This document shows, in pieces, positions 41,023 through 54,050 of a DNA stretch of 64,000 nt. The stretch is from Felis catus (Eukaryota), in the NCBI RefSeq assembly GCF_018350175.1, contig NC_058368.1, positions 229,464,001 to 229,528,000 on the forward strand, given 5' to 3'. The notes beneath the pieces are model-generated. The model had not been told where the DNA came from. It was given only the letters and a program-made list of their open reading frames with translations, and searched no databases. Position 1 is the first letter of the stretch. Every line of letters begins with the position of its first letter. The translations under genes and the position numbers were made by a program.

Positions 41023-41465
41023 TGTGATGGGCCTGGATGATAACCCCTCCAAAAATATCCATGTCGTAATTCCCAGACCTGTGAATATGTTACCTTATAT
41101 GGAAAAAGAAAATTTACAGATCAGATTACGGATTAGGGGGTGGAGAGACAATCCTGGATTATCCCACTGGGGATATGTAACCTCCAGGGTTTTTATAAAG
41201 GGGAGGTGAGATCTCTTTATAAAAAGATCTGAAGATGCTCTACTACTCTCCTTGAAGACAGAGGAAGAAGCCAGGAAGAAGGCAGGCGGCCTCTTGAAGC
41301 TGGAAAAGATAGGAAATGGATTCTCCTTTAGAGACTCAAGAAAAAAATAGCCCTACTAACACCTTAACTGTAGTACAATGAGATCGATTTTAAATTTCTG
41401 CCTTCCAAAACTCTAAGATAATATATTTATTTTAAGCTACTGTTTTTGTAGCAGCAATAACTAAT
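41023..41465 (+). mobile_element. MLT1D-like MaLR LTR
   Basis: aatatccatgtcgtaattcccagacctgtgaatatgttaccttatatgg; gcggcctcttgaagctggaaaa. Confidence 0.88.
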
Positions 41466-41492
41466 GAACCAATCAAAAATCTTTGGATTTTA

Positions 41493-41687
41493 GGGATGCC
41501 TGGGTGGCTCAGTTAGTTGAGTGTCCGTTTTCAGCTCAGGTCATTATCTCGCCGTTTGTGGGTTCGAGCCCCATGTCAGGCTCTGTGCTGGCAGCTTGGA
41601 GCCTAGAGCCTGCTTCGGATTCTGTGTGTCTCTCTCTCTGTCCCTCCCCTGCTCTCTCTCTCAAAAATAAATAAACATTTAAAAAAA
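41493..41687 (+). mobile_element. CanSINE
   Basis: TSD aaaatctttggatttta. Confidence 0.95.
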
Positions 41688-42114
41688 TCTTTGGATTTTA
41701 TTGTTAGAAACTGAAGTTTTCTACACTGAGGTAATTCTTCTTAGATCATATGTAAGTAGGATCAGGATACAAAATAAGACTTTTCTGACAATAAATGCTA
41801 TGCTATTTTTATTAGATTTGCTAAATTATGACAGTCACTCCCACAAGAAGTTGTAGGAAAACTGTACGTGTTTGATACTAAACCATTTTTCTGCATTATT
41901 TTATTCATTTTAAGTAAAATAGAGGCCAGCAAATAAATGTATTTTAATATGTTTCACTGATTAATATGCATTTCTGGAGTGAATGTGGTAAGTCAAAATA
42001 TTACCTATGTAATATACTGGTACCATTTTTCAGTTTACTTGCTAATTCATGCAGAATGTTTTTAGAAAGACATCATTAAAACAATAGTATGAATATTAAA
42101 ATTTTGTGTGTGTA

Positions 42115-42314
42115 TTTTTAATGTTTACCTCTGAGAGAGAGAGAGGGTGAGCAAGGGAGGGTTAGCGAGAGAGGAAGACACAGAATCTGAAGCAGGCTCC
42201 AGGCTCCAAGCTGCCAGCACAGAGCCCAATGCAGGGCTCGAACCCACGAAACACAAGATCATGATCTAAGCTGAAGTCAGACGCTTACCTGACTGAGGCA
42301 CCCAGGAGCCCCCC
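42115..42314 (-). mobile_element. CanSINE
   Basis: gacacagaatctgaagcaggctccaggc; TSD aaatttt(t)gtgtgt. Confidence 0.95.
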
Positions 42315-42385
42315 AAATTTTTGTGTGTTCAATGTTATATTTAAATCATTTAGTGTTTTGGCATCCATATCCTAAAAAGCCAAAG

Positions 42386-42448
42386 TTTTTTTGAAGTTTA
42401 TGTATTTATTTTGAGAGAGAGAATGAGCACAAGCTGGGGGAGAGCACA

Positions 42449-42503
<55 letters not shown>

Positions 42504-42869
42504 CCCAAGCAGGCTCCACGCTGACAGCAAAGAAGCCAACAAGGGGCTGGAACCCACTAACCGTGAGATCATGACCTGAACCGAAATCAAGAGTCAGACA
42601 CTTGGGGCGCCTGGGTGGCGCAGTTGGTTAAGCATCCGACTTCAGCCAGGTCACGATCTCACGGTCCGTGAGTTCGAGCCCCGTGTCAGGCTCTGGGCTG
42701 ATGGCTCGGAGCCTGGAGCCTGTTTCCGATGCTGTATCTCCCTCTCTCTCTGCCCCTCCCCCGTTCATGCTCTGTTTCTCTCTGTCCCAAAAATAAATAA
42801 AAAACGTTGAAAAAAAATTTAAAAAAAAAAAGAGTCAGACACTTAACTGACTGAGCCACCCAGGCACCC
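42386..42869 (-). mobile_element. CanSINE (host), split by a nested SINE; contains (GA)n
   Basis: body 42386-42603 continues at 42845 aactgactgagccacccaggcaccc. Confidence 0.95.
42604..42829 (+). mobile_element. young SINEC_Fc-type CanSINE nested in an older SINE
   Basis: perfect TSD aagagtcagacactt (42589-42603, 42830-42844). Confidence 0.97.
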
Positions 42870-42889
42870 TACTAAATGCAAAGATGTTT

Positions 42890-43590
42890 AAAATCAGGTT
42901 TACTGAAGTATAATTTATATACAATAAATTACACCTTTTAAAAGTGTGCTGTTTGCTGAGTTCTGGCCAATGGACACTGCTGTGGATTTATCACCACAAT
43001 GAAAATACAGAATATTTACACCTCCCCCAAAAGGTTCCCTTCTGCTGTTTTGCAATGAAAACTGCCCCACCCACAATCCCTAGCAACACTGTTGTATTTA
43101 CTGTCACCCAAGTTTTGATTTTCATAGAATTTTATATAAATTGTATTATACAGTATGTAGTCTCTTATGTCTGGCTGCTTTCACTTAGCAAAACACTTGT
43201 GAGATTCGTTGATGCTATGTTTCAGGAGCTCTTTCTTTTTATGTCCCAGTAGAATTCAATGGTATGGATATACCAGATTGTTTATCCATTCACTAGTCAC
43301 AGGACACCTGGGTACTCTGTAATTTGGGGCCACGATAAATAAAGGGGCTATGAACATTCACATACCTCTCTTTGTGTGAACCTATGTTTTCATTTCTCTT
43401 GGATAAATACCTTAGAGTGGAATTTCTAGATCATATGGTAAGTATATGCTTAAATTTCTAAGAAACTTTCAAACTGCTTTCCAAATTGAAACATTTGGCA
43501 TTTCTATCTATAATATATAAAAGTTACAATTTCTCCCTATCTTGTCATCACTTGCAATTGTCAGCCATTTAATTTTAGCCATTCTTGTGT
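42890..43590 (-). mobile_element. L1MB/MC-like 3' end
   Basis: tttactgaagtataattta, tgtctggctgctttcacttagca, gtatggatatacca..tttatccattcac, catttctcttggataaatacc. Confidence 0.88.
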
Positions 43591-45049
43591 CTCCATTTAC
43601 TTAATGAAAAAGATGCCCGAATTAAAAAAAAAAAAAAAGTTTTGAAATCTAATCTTCCTATACCTTTCTGAGTATATTATCATGGCTCTCAAATTCTTGA
43701 TTTCCTAAATAAACCTCTGGACGATCTTTAGATGGACTTCATTTAGCTGTATCTTCAGTCAGTGATGCTACCAATTTCCTGGTCTTTTTTATGTTAGGAG
43801 ATTTTGGAATTGTGTTTTGAAAAAGCATTGTATTTCAATGGAAAACTAGACATTGTGTGGAAGACACCCCAGGCTATCTGATTCCAGTTTTATATCACTG
43901 AGATATTTTATAACTCGGTAAGTCGTGGCTAATTTATAGATCTGCAAATTCTATCCTAAGTTCAGTTGGCTTCCCTCTTCACTGTAGAAAAAAACTTTTG
44001 CTTCCATTTCAACACTCATTTCAATATTCCTGACGTAGAATTTTTGAACTGGTTAGAACATCTATCTGGTCATTTTCTCAATAAATGAAGAGAATAAAAT
44101 CTTACACAAGTGTTCATTTTTATATCTGTATGAGGCTTATATTTTACCTTTTTATTTTTGAAAGCTGTCTTTGATAGTGTCCTAGATATTTGAATGTTAA
44201 GATGTGGAAACTCTTTAGTCTATAATGTTTCTTTTGTTTTATCAGGCAATCAACTGGGTTGTGGACAAAATGAACATTGTTTTTTGGGGAGCAGTTCGAA
44301 TCTCAGTTCAGATCTCTTGTCTCTGAGTTTCTCCCCATCTGCTCCTCTCAGGCATGCTTTGGGGATCAGCCAAAGATGTGGTCAGACAGAAGTCTGAGTC
44401 CCCTTCTCTGCAGAGGCTTTCCACGGCAAATACAAGATGTTATCGTATTGTCATTGTCAATGTCAACGTGGCTGAGTTACTGACTCCTAAACGTGCTTCT
44501 TGAGGCCAGAAAGACTGTGGTCTTTCAACAACCTCACTCCCCAGCTGCATGGGAGCCCACTGCTACTGGGGTAGAAACAAAGGAGAACTAATACCATTCA
44601 GCTCCCTTCCAAATCAATACTCCACATTTGCCTGCTCTTCATTCCCCAGTGCTCTCAGGCAGCTGCTTATTCTATCACATCCAGATTTTATCATTGCTCT
44701 CTGTGGTACCAGCGGTCCACTTGGACCTGACCCAGTCACCATGGGAAGTGCAATTCTGAATATACTAATGTTTTGGACAAACATGGATTTGTTACACAAA
44801 TGAACACTGTTTAATAATGTATAGACACATTGGAGTCTAACAAGCTTCATAATATTGGACACATGCACATATGATTGTAACACACACATTTAATAAGTGA
44901 TGTATTTCCCCATGTTGTAGATATCGTCTAACATTTAGATAAGAGTGTAATCTCTGTAATACATAAAAGTAGGTATTGTCTTTATTTCTTGGACTTGACA
45001 GTAGTATATAGTGTCTTAGGAAATGAAATAGACAAAAATGTGAACTTTC

Positions 45050-45266
45050 TTTTTTTTTAAATGCTTTAAAAAATTAATTTGAGAGATTGAGAGAGTGTGC
45101 ATGAGCAGGGGAGGGGCAGAGAGAGAGAGGGAGAGAGAGAATCCCGAGTAGGCTCCACGCTCAGCACAGAGCCCAACACAGGGCTTGATCCCATAAACTG
45201 CAAGATCGTGACCTTAGCTGAAATCAAGAGTCAGATGCCTAACAGTCGGAGCCAGCCTGGTGCCCT
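45050..45266 (-). mobile_element. CanSINE
   Basis: gagagaatcccgagtaggctcc...gagccagcctggtgccc. Confidence 0.93.
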
Positions 45267-45339
45267 GAGCTTTCTTTTTTTAAGCTGCACTCTATTGTGT
45301 GTTATTAAAGGAAGTAGGAGAGACAGAGTAAATTTATCA

Positions 45340-45680
45340 TGATGAACACTGAGTAATTTATGGAAGTGTTGAATCACTACAGTGTACATGTGAAACTAAC
45401 ATAACAGTATATGTTAAGTATACAGGGGGCGTCTGGGTGGCTCAGTTAAGCATCTGACTTCAGCTCAGGTCATGGTCTCTCGGTCTGTGAGATCGAGCCC
45501 CGCGTCAGGCTCTGTGCTGACAGCTCAGAGCCTGGAGCCTGCTTCAGATTCTGTGTCTCCCCCTCTCTCTCTGCCCCTCCCCTGCTTGTGGTCTGTCTTG
45601 CTCTATCTCTCAAAAATAAATAAATGTTTAAAAACATTTTTTTAAAGTATACTGGAATTAAAATTAAAATTTTAATAAAG
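45340..45680 (+). mobile_element. carnivore L1 3' end interrupted by a CanSINE
   Basis: tgttgaatcactacagtgtacatgtgaaactaacataaca...[SINE]...tactggaattaaaatt. Confidence 0.8.
45425..45643 (+). mobile_element. CanSINE
   Basis: TSD aagtatac. Confidence 0.95.
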
Positions 45681-46014
45681 AAAAAGAAAGAAAGAGCATA
45701 AAGGAAGGAACGAAAGGAGGAAGGTAAGGAAGGCGGGAGGGAAGAAGGAGGAGAAGAAAGAAAATTAACCAGTGATAACAGTGATTGAGAATAGTTTCCA
45801 GTGAAAGCCACAGTATAAAAGTAGAATTGAATTTTCATGAGCTGCTCATCCTTCTTCACGTGCCTGTTACTACCCCTTCCAAAGTGTTCATCTTTACCTG
45901 TGAGCACATCTTATATCACCCTTTACTGTTATGGCTTTGCATTTGTCCCCTCCATTGGGATGTTGCTCTTGTAACCCTCAAACTCCTCATTTCCATGATG
46001 TAACAAAACAGTCT

Positions 46015-46028
46015 GTTGCTATGGCAAC
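46015..46028. promoter_or_regulatory. RFX X-box motif
   Basis: GTTGCTATGGCAAC, one base from the perfect palindrome GTTGCCATGGCAAC, in apparently unique DNA. Confidence 0.6.
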
Positions 46029-48280
46029 GATCAGCATCTTGCAGCATGAGCCACTGTGATTACAGGTCTCTAGTGCTAGACTCTTTTTCTTTCAATCAAT
46101 TTGTAGAGATCGCTTTTGTTCTTCCACACACTCCAAATTCAGCTCTTAATGTGCTTTGATTAATGTTTCAAAGTTTAACCAGTGTGGTGATGTATTAAGT
46201 GGAAGAGCCTTACCTGCATTTTCCTATAACTGCATTGTTCAGCCTATATGAATTTGCATCAGAGTAAGCTAGGTATGTCTGACATTTAAAAAGTACACAA
46301 ATCCACCTTGAAATAGAAAATACGTGTATTTTAGAATTTGTTTACATGAGATCTAGATAGTAGGACTCAGATCTTTCATATATAGATTTAAGTTAATTAT
46401 TTCAATGTCTTGATTATTAAATATGGATTATGACTATAAATTATTGTATGCTAGAAGACAGGGAGACTGTTTCTACCACATAGAGTAAGCATCCTAAGCA
46501 TGACATTACCAAAGTATTACCTTGTGTTTATCAGATAAATTTTAGCCAACATCTAGCTTTAAATGTGTATATAAAGTTAAAGGCATAAATTCTGCCTAAA
46601 CTGTACTTTCATTGTTAAGTATGTCCCTAAATAAAAGGCCCTTTCTCTTAGGTTTATACATATGTGTGTGTGTGTGTGTGTGTGTGTATTACTGTAAAAA
46701 TCCATGTGCATTTATTTCATTCCAGTTACACCATAACTTAAAATCCAAATAACAATGAATTATTTCATAAAAATAATGAAAATGCATGGCAAATGATATA
46801 GAAGGTAAATTATATAACATACTATGAATTTTCTAATTAGTCAAATTTTATTTTTTAATTTCATATAATATTTAAATCAGTATTTTTGCAACAAGGCAAA
46901 TAACCTACGAAATGCATATCTGTTAAACCATATACACAAGAGGCCTTGCTTCCCAAATTTGAAGAATAAATTAATAGCCACTGTTATGAAATATCACTCA
47001 AGTGCCCATAAATGTCCTACGTCTGATTCAATCTTAGATCCAATTAAATATCTCCTGGTAATTTAAGCTGCCATCAAAAGACCGCACTTTATTATGCTGA
47101 ATCAAATTTTTTCCTTGCCCAGAAGAACAAAGATATTCAAGTATAAATGCTATTTAAAACTCACTAGATAAGAAAAATTTTTATGGACTATCACCTAGTG
47201 TTATAGAACTATGTTTCCATTTATAACATTAATAACATATAAACATATAATTTGTATAGTTCTAAGAATCATGGGTATTACACATTATACTAATTTATCA
47301 ACTCTTAAATGTATTCCTTATCAAATAAATCTAAAGGACTCAACTCTATTCAGAAAGGAAGACGATAAATTTGAGAGTGAAAATGCATTCACATGGGACA
47401 CTATGCTACAAGTTAACACAATGTTGAAGTAAAAGAGTACTGGTTATCACAACTTTATGTGTTCACATTAAAGCATATATATCTGGCATGATTATCTCGT
47501 CCTTTCCATGCCTGTTCTTAAACCTTAGTGATACCTAGTCATATATCCTATATACCCAGTGCAATTCACTCTTTCAAGTTGCCCTGTTTCCAAAACTCAC
47601 TCTATGAAAAGAATTCGTCAAACTCATTTCACTCTGAAAGTGAACTATTAATAATCTTAATCGTTATCATTATATTTCTCTAGGAAAAGCCTGTCTTACT
47701 TGACTGTAGAGCGTTTCTGACTGAGTCTGCCCACATCTGAGCCAGCAGGTAGGGTAGGTCAGGTCAATTTCACAGCAGCCATGTTTACACCTTTGGCTAA
47801 TACTCTCTGCTTCTGGTAAGGCACATGCCAAAATTAGCATTCTGTGTGGCAGGAGTATAATAATAATTATTGTGTACAATGATGTTATATTAAAAGATCT
47901 TATAGGACCTGAATCAATCAGACAAAGACGACCTGATGTTTCTTATGGTTCTGGCAAGTTTACTGCCGGCCCCTAGGAAAACGTATTTCAGAGCAAGGCA
48001 GCATATATTTTGATGCCAAAACCACTGACAACAATTTTGAGTAAAGCAAGAGGTTTAAAGAATAGAGATAAAACCTAAGGGAACACATATAACTTCAGTT
48101 GGAATTTTAAGATGAGGTAGTTTTAGATTAATACAAATGCATTCATGTGGAGAATCAAAGCACAGGCCTTAGAGACAGCTGGCACAAGGTATAACTTGTG
48201 GTTAAGGACAGTGGGTTAAGGTAGGTCAACTAAACTCTAAGTGCCAACCTTATATAAATATAATTTAAAATAACTATTTT

Positions 48281-48525
48281 GGAGGCACCTGGGGGGCTCA
48301 GTCACTTGAGCCTCTGACTCTTGATTTCAGCTCAGGTCATGATCTCACAGTTCCTGAGATCAAAACCCGCTTTGGGCTCTGCACTGATGGTGAAGGGCCT
48401 GCTTGGGATTCTCTCTCTCCCTCCCTCCCTGCCCCTCCCGGCATGTGCGTGCACTCTCTCTCTCCCTCAAAATAAATAAACAAGCATAAACGTTTTCAAA
48501 AAAAATTTAAAAATTAAGAAAAATA
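48281..48525 (+). mobile_element. CanSINE
   Basis: ggaggcacctggggggctcagtc, ttgatttcagctcaggtcatgatctc. Confidence 0.93.
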
Positions 48526-49750
48526 AAATACCTCTTTTGTTTAGTGACCTTTCTTTTGAGTAGCAGAACTAATCTGTAAATTAGAAAACACTTTTACAGG
48601 AATTAGCTAAACATTTTTAATAACATCATTCACAAGAACAGATGTTATAGTTTAATATGCATTGCCAATTTAAATAAAAATTGCATCTTATCTATAGAAT
48701 ACATCTATTTTTCAAGCTTGAAATTTTTAAGCAAAATTTCTAAACTACATGCTTAGCTGTCTTACAACTGGTTTTTACCTGTTTCCTAAATGACTGAATT
48801 TATGTAAATACTAAATGTTATAACACACTTTTTAGAAACATACAAGCCGATAAATTCTAGTCGCCTTAAATTTATTTTAAGTTGCATGTAAAAGATTAAA
48901 GTTTTCCCATGGTTGTTTTCTAATCATTATTATTTTTTCTAATTATTATTTTTAAAACAGCTGACTAAAGATAGGTTTAAGTAGTATGAGTTGATTTCAC
49001 TTTGTTTTCTATTACCTTGAGTGAAATTAATCATTTTTATTTTTAATATATCTAAGCCAAAACTTTATACCATTGATCTGTACCAACAATTATGATCACA
49101 GTCCTACTGTCTAGACTCTTAAAACTGGGTATGTAAAACACTGTAGTGAGGAAAGAAAATATTAGAATATCTGTTTATGATTATCTCATCCTCTAGAAAT
49201 TTCTCATCCTGTATTTTATATAGACGTGTGAAATGTGTGTTATTTAAGTCACATATGACTGTAAAAGTACACGTAAAGAAGGTATAAATAGATAAGTTAT
49301 ACTTCTTACTAAGGGTAAAAAAAAAAACTGTAATTGCTAGAAGGGTACTTTCAAAGAGTCCAAAGACTTCATGCAGGAGAGTATCCTAAGGCAGAATTAA
49401 GAATGGAAATACTGGTCCTATATTGTATCATGTTAGCTTTTCAATGTTTAGCAGTATTTTTCATGTAATAGTTTTAACACTGGATACAACAAACTAGGAA
49501 AACTTCACATGTAAATCACCTATTTACCTTTAAAAGGGACCCTAAAAACAGAATAAATGAACCTTAAGAGTATAAACTGGAGAACATAGTACATTACTTA
49601 AATTCAGGTTATGTCAAATTAAGGAATCAAGCAAAGATATGGATTATAATGTTAGAAGGACAGTTCACAAGATGAAATGTTTCTTTGGAAGTGCTTCCCA
49701 AAGCTAACATCACTTGGTTGGCAGAACTTATTATTTAAGAAGAAATTCCA

Positions 49751-49946
49751 GGGGTGCCTGGGTGGCTCAGTCAGTTAAGTGTCAGACTTCGCCTCAAGTC
49801 ATGATCTCACGGTTCCTGAGTTCAAGCCCTGCATTGGGCTCTCTGGGCTGACAGCTCAGAGCCTGGAGCCTGCTTCAGATTCTGTGTCTCCCTCTCTCTC
49901 TGCCCCTTCCCCTCCTCTCAAAAATAAATAAACATTAGAAAAACTA
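49751..49946 (+). mobile_element. CanSINE
   Basis: full head and body. Confidence 0.95.
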
Positions 49947-50757
49947 AAAGAGGAAATCCCATATGTAAGAAAATCTGTGATTTGTATACTATGTAATCTA
50001 ATAACATCTAAAACAAGACTGCTACCTGCTTCCAGAAAGGACTAATTCATCTAATCAAGATTTGTTACTGCTTTTAATGAGAGCTTATATTCACTACATT
50101 AATACCAAATAACATGCCGACCAAGGAAAGTTATCTACTGGGTTCAAAGAGTTTTCAATTCTCTTCATTCAACTTGAGCTGATTTGTCCCTTAAACGATG
50201 AAACTTAATTTGATCTCCATAAAACAATTTTTTTTCCTTTGAGAGTCAAAGGTGCCTCTTTGAAATCTCATGTTACTGAATGTGTCATCTTAGGGATGTT
50301 ACATGGTATCCTACTTCACCTCACATTCCGAGGAGATCCCCAACTTAGCGCACTCATGGAACTTGGAGGCTGGACAGCTGTCATCTTAGTTTCTTTGATC
50401 AAAATTTACGAATCCCAACATCCATAAATCTGGGCATAAATTTGAAAATCCCTTACATTTTTTTTCCTCAGGAACACTAAGGGTGTTGTCACGAAGGAAC
50501 TTATGGGTAAATTTTACATCTCAGAGTGTTTGAGATATGATTACCAGCATCACAGCTCTCTATATTTCATGGAGTTCAAATGCAGCATTAGTCAAATAAC
50601 TTATAAGGTCAAATGGAATGGTATATTTGATTCAGTGTACTATGACATTTATTTCGTGTAAATTTTAATAACATGAAAAAATGCATGATTTTTGCAGTAT
50701 TTATGCTTTAAACTTTTATCTTGAATGGTGAAGACCTGCGAATAGTATGTACAAAAG

Positions 50758-51282
50758 TGTGACAGGTAGACTCTAAGATAGTCCCCAAAGGTCTTCATGT
50801 CTTGGCATTCATGCCTTGTATGTTCCCCTCCCCTTGACTATAGGCAGAACCTGTAACTTTCTCCTAACAGAATATAGCAAAGGTACAAGACTTTGCTTCC
50901 ATGATTACGATACACAGGATTGTAACTTCTGTAATGCTAGCCTAGTCTCTCCCTTGCTGCCTTAGACATAGGAGGTTGTTGTGTTGGGAAGTCCAAAATG
51001 TCAACAGGCCACCAACCATGTAGGAACTGTGGCCCTCAACCTAACAGCCCAAAAAGAAATGAAATCCACCAACACCATGGGACCTGGGAAATAGATTCTG
51101 CCTCAGTTAAGTCTTCAAATTATATTCCCAACCCTCATTCACACCATGAATCCCACCTCACAAGACACTCAAAACAGTGGGTGAAGCTAAGCCATGCCTG
51201 CGCTTTGAAACCATAAATTTTTAAGTAGTTTTAAGTCACTATGTTCGCAGTGATTTGTTATTCACAATAGATAACTAGTACA
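50758..51282 (+). mobile_element. MLT1E/F-like MaLR LTR
   Basis: tgtgacaggtagactctaagatagtcccc...ttcccctccccttga...gtgatttgttattcacaatagataactagtaca. Confidence 0.8.
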
Positions 51283-52554
51283 AAGAAAGCTCATTTTATT
51301 CTAATTACTAAACCATATTTATGTCACTTCAGTGGCTGAACGATTAATAGAGACTCAATGCAAAATTTCATAGAAAAGAAATGCTTACCAAACAAACATC
51401 AAAGTCAGCACTCTCTCGGGGTCATAGAAAGCTTGCTGCTCACCAAGCTATCCAATGTTTTCTTAAGAAACCACTGTTTAATGGGAAGTGAATTCTTAAT
51501 ATGGATTAGGGCCAGGCAAAGGAATTTTGTGGGTATAATCAATTCTGTATTGCTCAATGACACAAATGAAAGCAAAGGGTCGACTACTACATCCTCCCTA
51601 TTATCTCTTTCCAAAAACTATGTGGCTATGACTGTACTAATTACTTCATCCATATTTCTATTAGCTACTTAAATGATAGACTTTGAGGGTTAAGCTTATA
51701 GTTGCCTTTGGAAACTGTTTAAGTATATAAATGGGTACAATGACTATGCATTCACTTTTAAGAAAATTTTTACATGGTGAGCCCAGTAGATTTCCTGTGG
51801 GATGCCTGTGTTACTTCCCTTTCATTAGAGCTAACTGTGATATATTCTCATAATGAAAATTAATACAACTGTTTTTTCTACCTTTAAGAAAATCTTTATT
51901 AAATAGAGGTGTGAAAGGTTTGACAGAATTAATATCATACTGGTTCTTTTTCATCGTAGGTAAATTTTCAAGAAATTCCATTTTATTTGGAAATAGAAAT
52001 ACCTAAAGATAAGTTGTTCCCTTTATCAAAAGAAAAATCATTATCAACTGTTTGAACTTGGTAAAAAATAGAAAAAGGAAAGCAAAAAAAAAAATTTCTA
52101 CTTTGCTGATTCTAGCAAGTAGCATGTCAAAAAATGGATCTCAAAAAAAAAAAAAAGAAATATTTTTTATTGTTGTTTACAATAAAAGCCAAAAGTGAAG
52201 TAGGCAAGTGAAGACGTTCTTATGAGGAATAAATATGCATCTGATAGCTCAAAAAGGTGAAAATGAAAATGCAATCAGTTCTCTAATGAATTAATAGGTA
52301 CAGCTGGGACTCTCATGTTACTTTATATGAAATAGCTAATGAGCAGAAGAGAAGTTGCCAAGAACAGGGCAGTCAGCACATTCCAGAAACTCACTTGCCT
52401 TTTAAAAGGCATTATAAATAGCACATGGCTGTTCCTACAAAATCAACACATTTTCCTTTTCTTTCTACATGTACAAGAAATTAATTTTTTTTCTATCTAG
52501 AGAAATAATGGTAACAGAAAAGTTTAAACACATATTGCACGTTTTTACCTTTCT

Positions 52555-52750
52555 TTTTTTTTTAATATTCAGTTTTGAGAGAGCACAAGCGGCAGAGGGG
52601 CAGAGAAGGGGGGACAGAGGATCTGGAGCCAGCTTTGTGCTGCCGTGCTGGCAGCAGGGAGCCCAATGTGGGGGCTCGAGTTCAGGAACTGCAAGATCGT
52701 GAAATGAGCCAAATTCGGACGCTCAACCAACTGAGCTGCCCAGGTGCCCC
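52555..52750 (-). mobile_element. CanSINE
   Basis: ctcaaccaactgagctgcccaggtgcccc. Confidence 0.92.
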
Positions 52751-52984
52751 GTATTTTTACTTTTATTAATTTGCATTGCTCTTTAAGATGAAATTTTAAA
52801 CCGGTTTCTCTCAGAGGATTCTTTTTGTCCATCCAAGGAGAATGACGCCTCTAAGAACCACTTCATTAACACACGTGGGAGTCACACTCAGATGTTGGCA
52901 GGGCCCAATAAGTAATGTAAGAGACCAGAGTTCATTATCTGACACACAGGGAGTGGGTTCCCCCATCAAAAGAGTAATTCTTCA

Positions 52985-53190
52985 GGGCACCTGGGTGGCT
53001 CAGTTGGTAAAGCCTCCAACTCTTAGTTTCGGTTCAGTTCATGATGTCACAGCTGTGTGAGTTTGAGTCCCACGTCATGCTCTGTGTTGACAGTGCAGAC
53101 TGCTTGAGAGTCCCCCTCTCCCTCTCTCTCCCCACCTCCCCCATTCACACTGTGTCTCAAAGTAAATAAATAAACTTTAAAAAAAAAGTA
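52985..53190 (+). mobile_element. CanSINE
   Basis: gggcacctgggtggctcagttgg. Confidence 0.93.
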
Positions 53191-53838
53191 AAAGAAAGAG
53201 TAACACTCTTCTTGGCTGTAGCTGTTTGCAGATATATGGAAATAAAGACATGATATTGCTTGATTGTTGAGTTTTCAAGGTGGTATCCAACTGTTTACTT
53301 GGAATCTTCCAACTTTTAAAGGTTGACCCTAAAGGCAAACGATTTCAAGTATTAAATGGCAGCCTTAGTAAAATGTGTGTAGTTGCAGACGACTTGAATT
53401 AGTTGTAAGGCTATTACTGTAATACTTCCCCAATGGCACATCCTGAGCTAATCCCTGGTTCCTTAGCTGAGAGATTCATGACCTTAACCAGAACAAACAC
53501 TTCTTGCTGTGAATTTGAAATATAATAAAGAATACTAAGATACTCATTTGTGTGTGTGTTGGGGGGAGGGGGGTGGGTAATAGATCATCTTATAAGGCAG
53601 CAACAAAAATAATAAGGTCCAATACTCTAGAGGAGCCTTGATTTCTAATCCTCTTTAAATATTTTAGGTGACCCCAGCAGTTCTTCTGATAAATATATTT
53701 TCATGATTTTCCCCCTTGGATAGCCAGAGTTGAGTTCGTGGCTTGACTGGGAAAACAAAGCAAAACACAATAAACCAACAAGAAAACCTTAAGATGGGAA
53801 TCAATCTTTTTATTTTCATTCAATTCCTTGCCTCTACT

Positions 53839-54050
53839 CAAATGGTTTTCAACTGGACTTCTAGTGGTGTTTAGACTGGTGGATCAGTATTTTTGGTTGC
53901 CAGTGTATTTAGGGGAAACAGATACCATTGATATTCAGTGTGTTAGGGGGTGGAGTTCACAGAAGCCCCAGGAATGATAAATATCCTGCAAGGAGAGACA
54001 CAGTCCTATACACAAAGATATGTGTCATTCAAACACCAAAAGAATACTGC
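53839..54050. mobile_element. MER20-like hAT MITE
   Basis: caaatggttttcaactgg, atttttggttgcca, ccaggaatgataaatatcctgcaa..cacagtcc. Confidence 0.6.
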
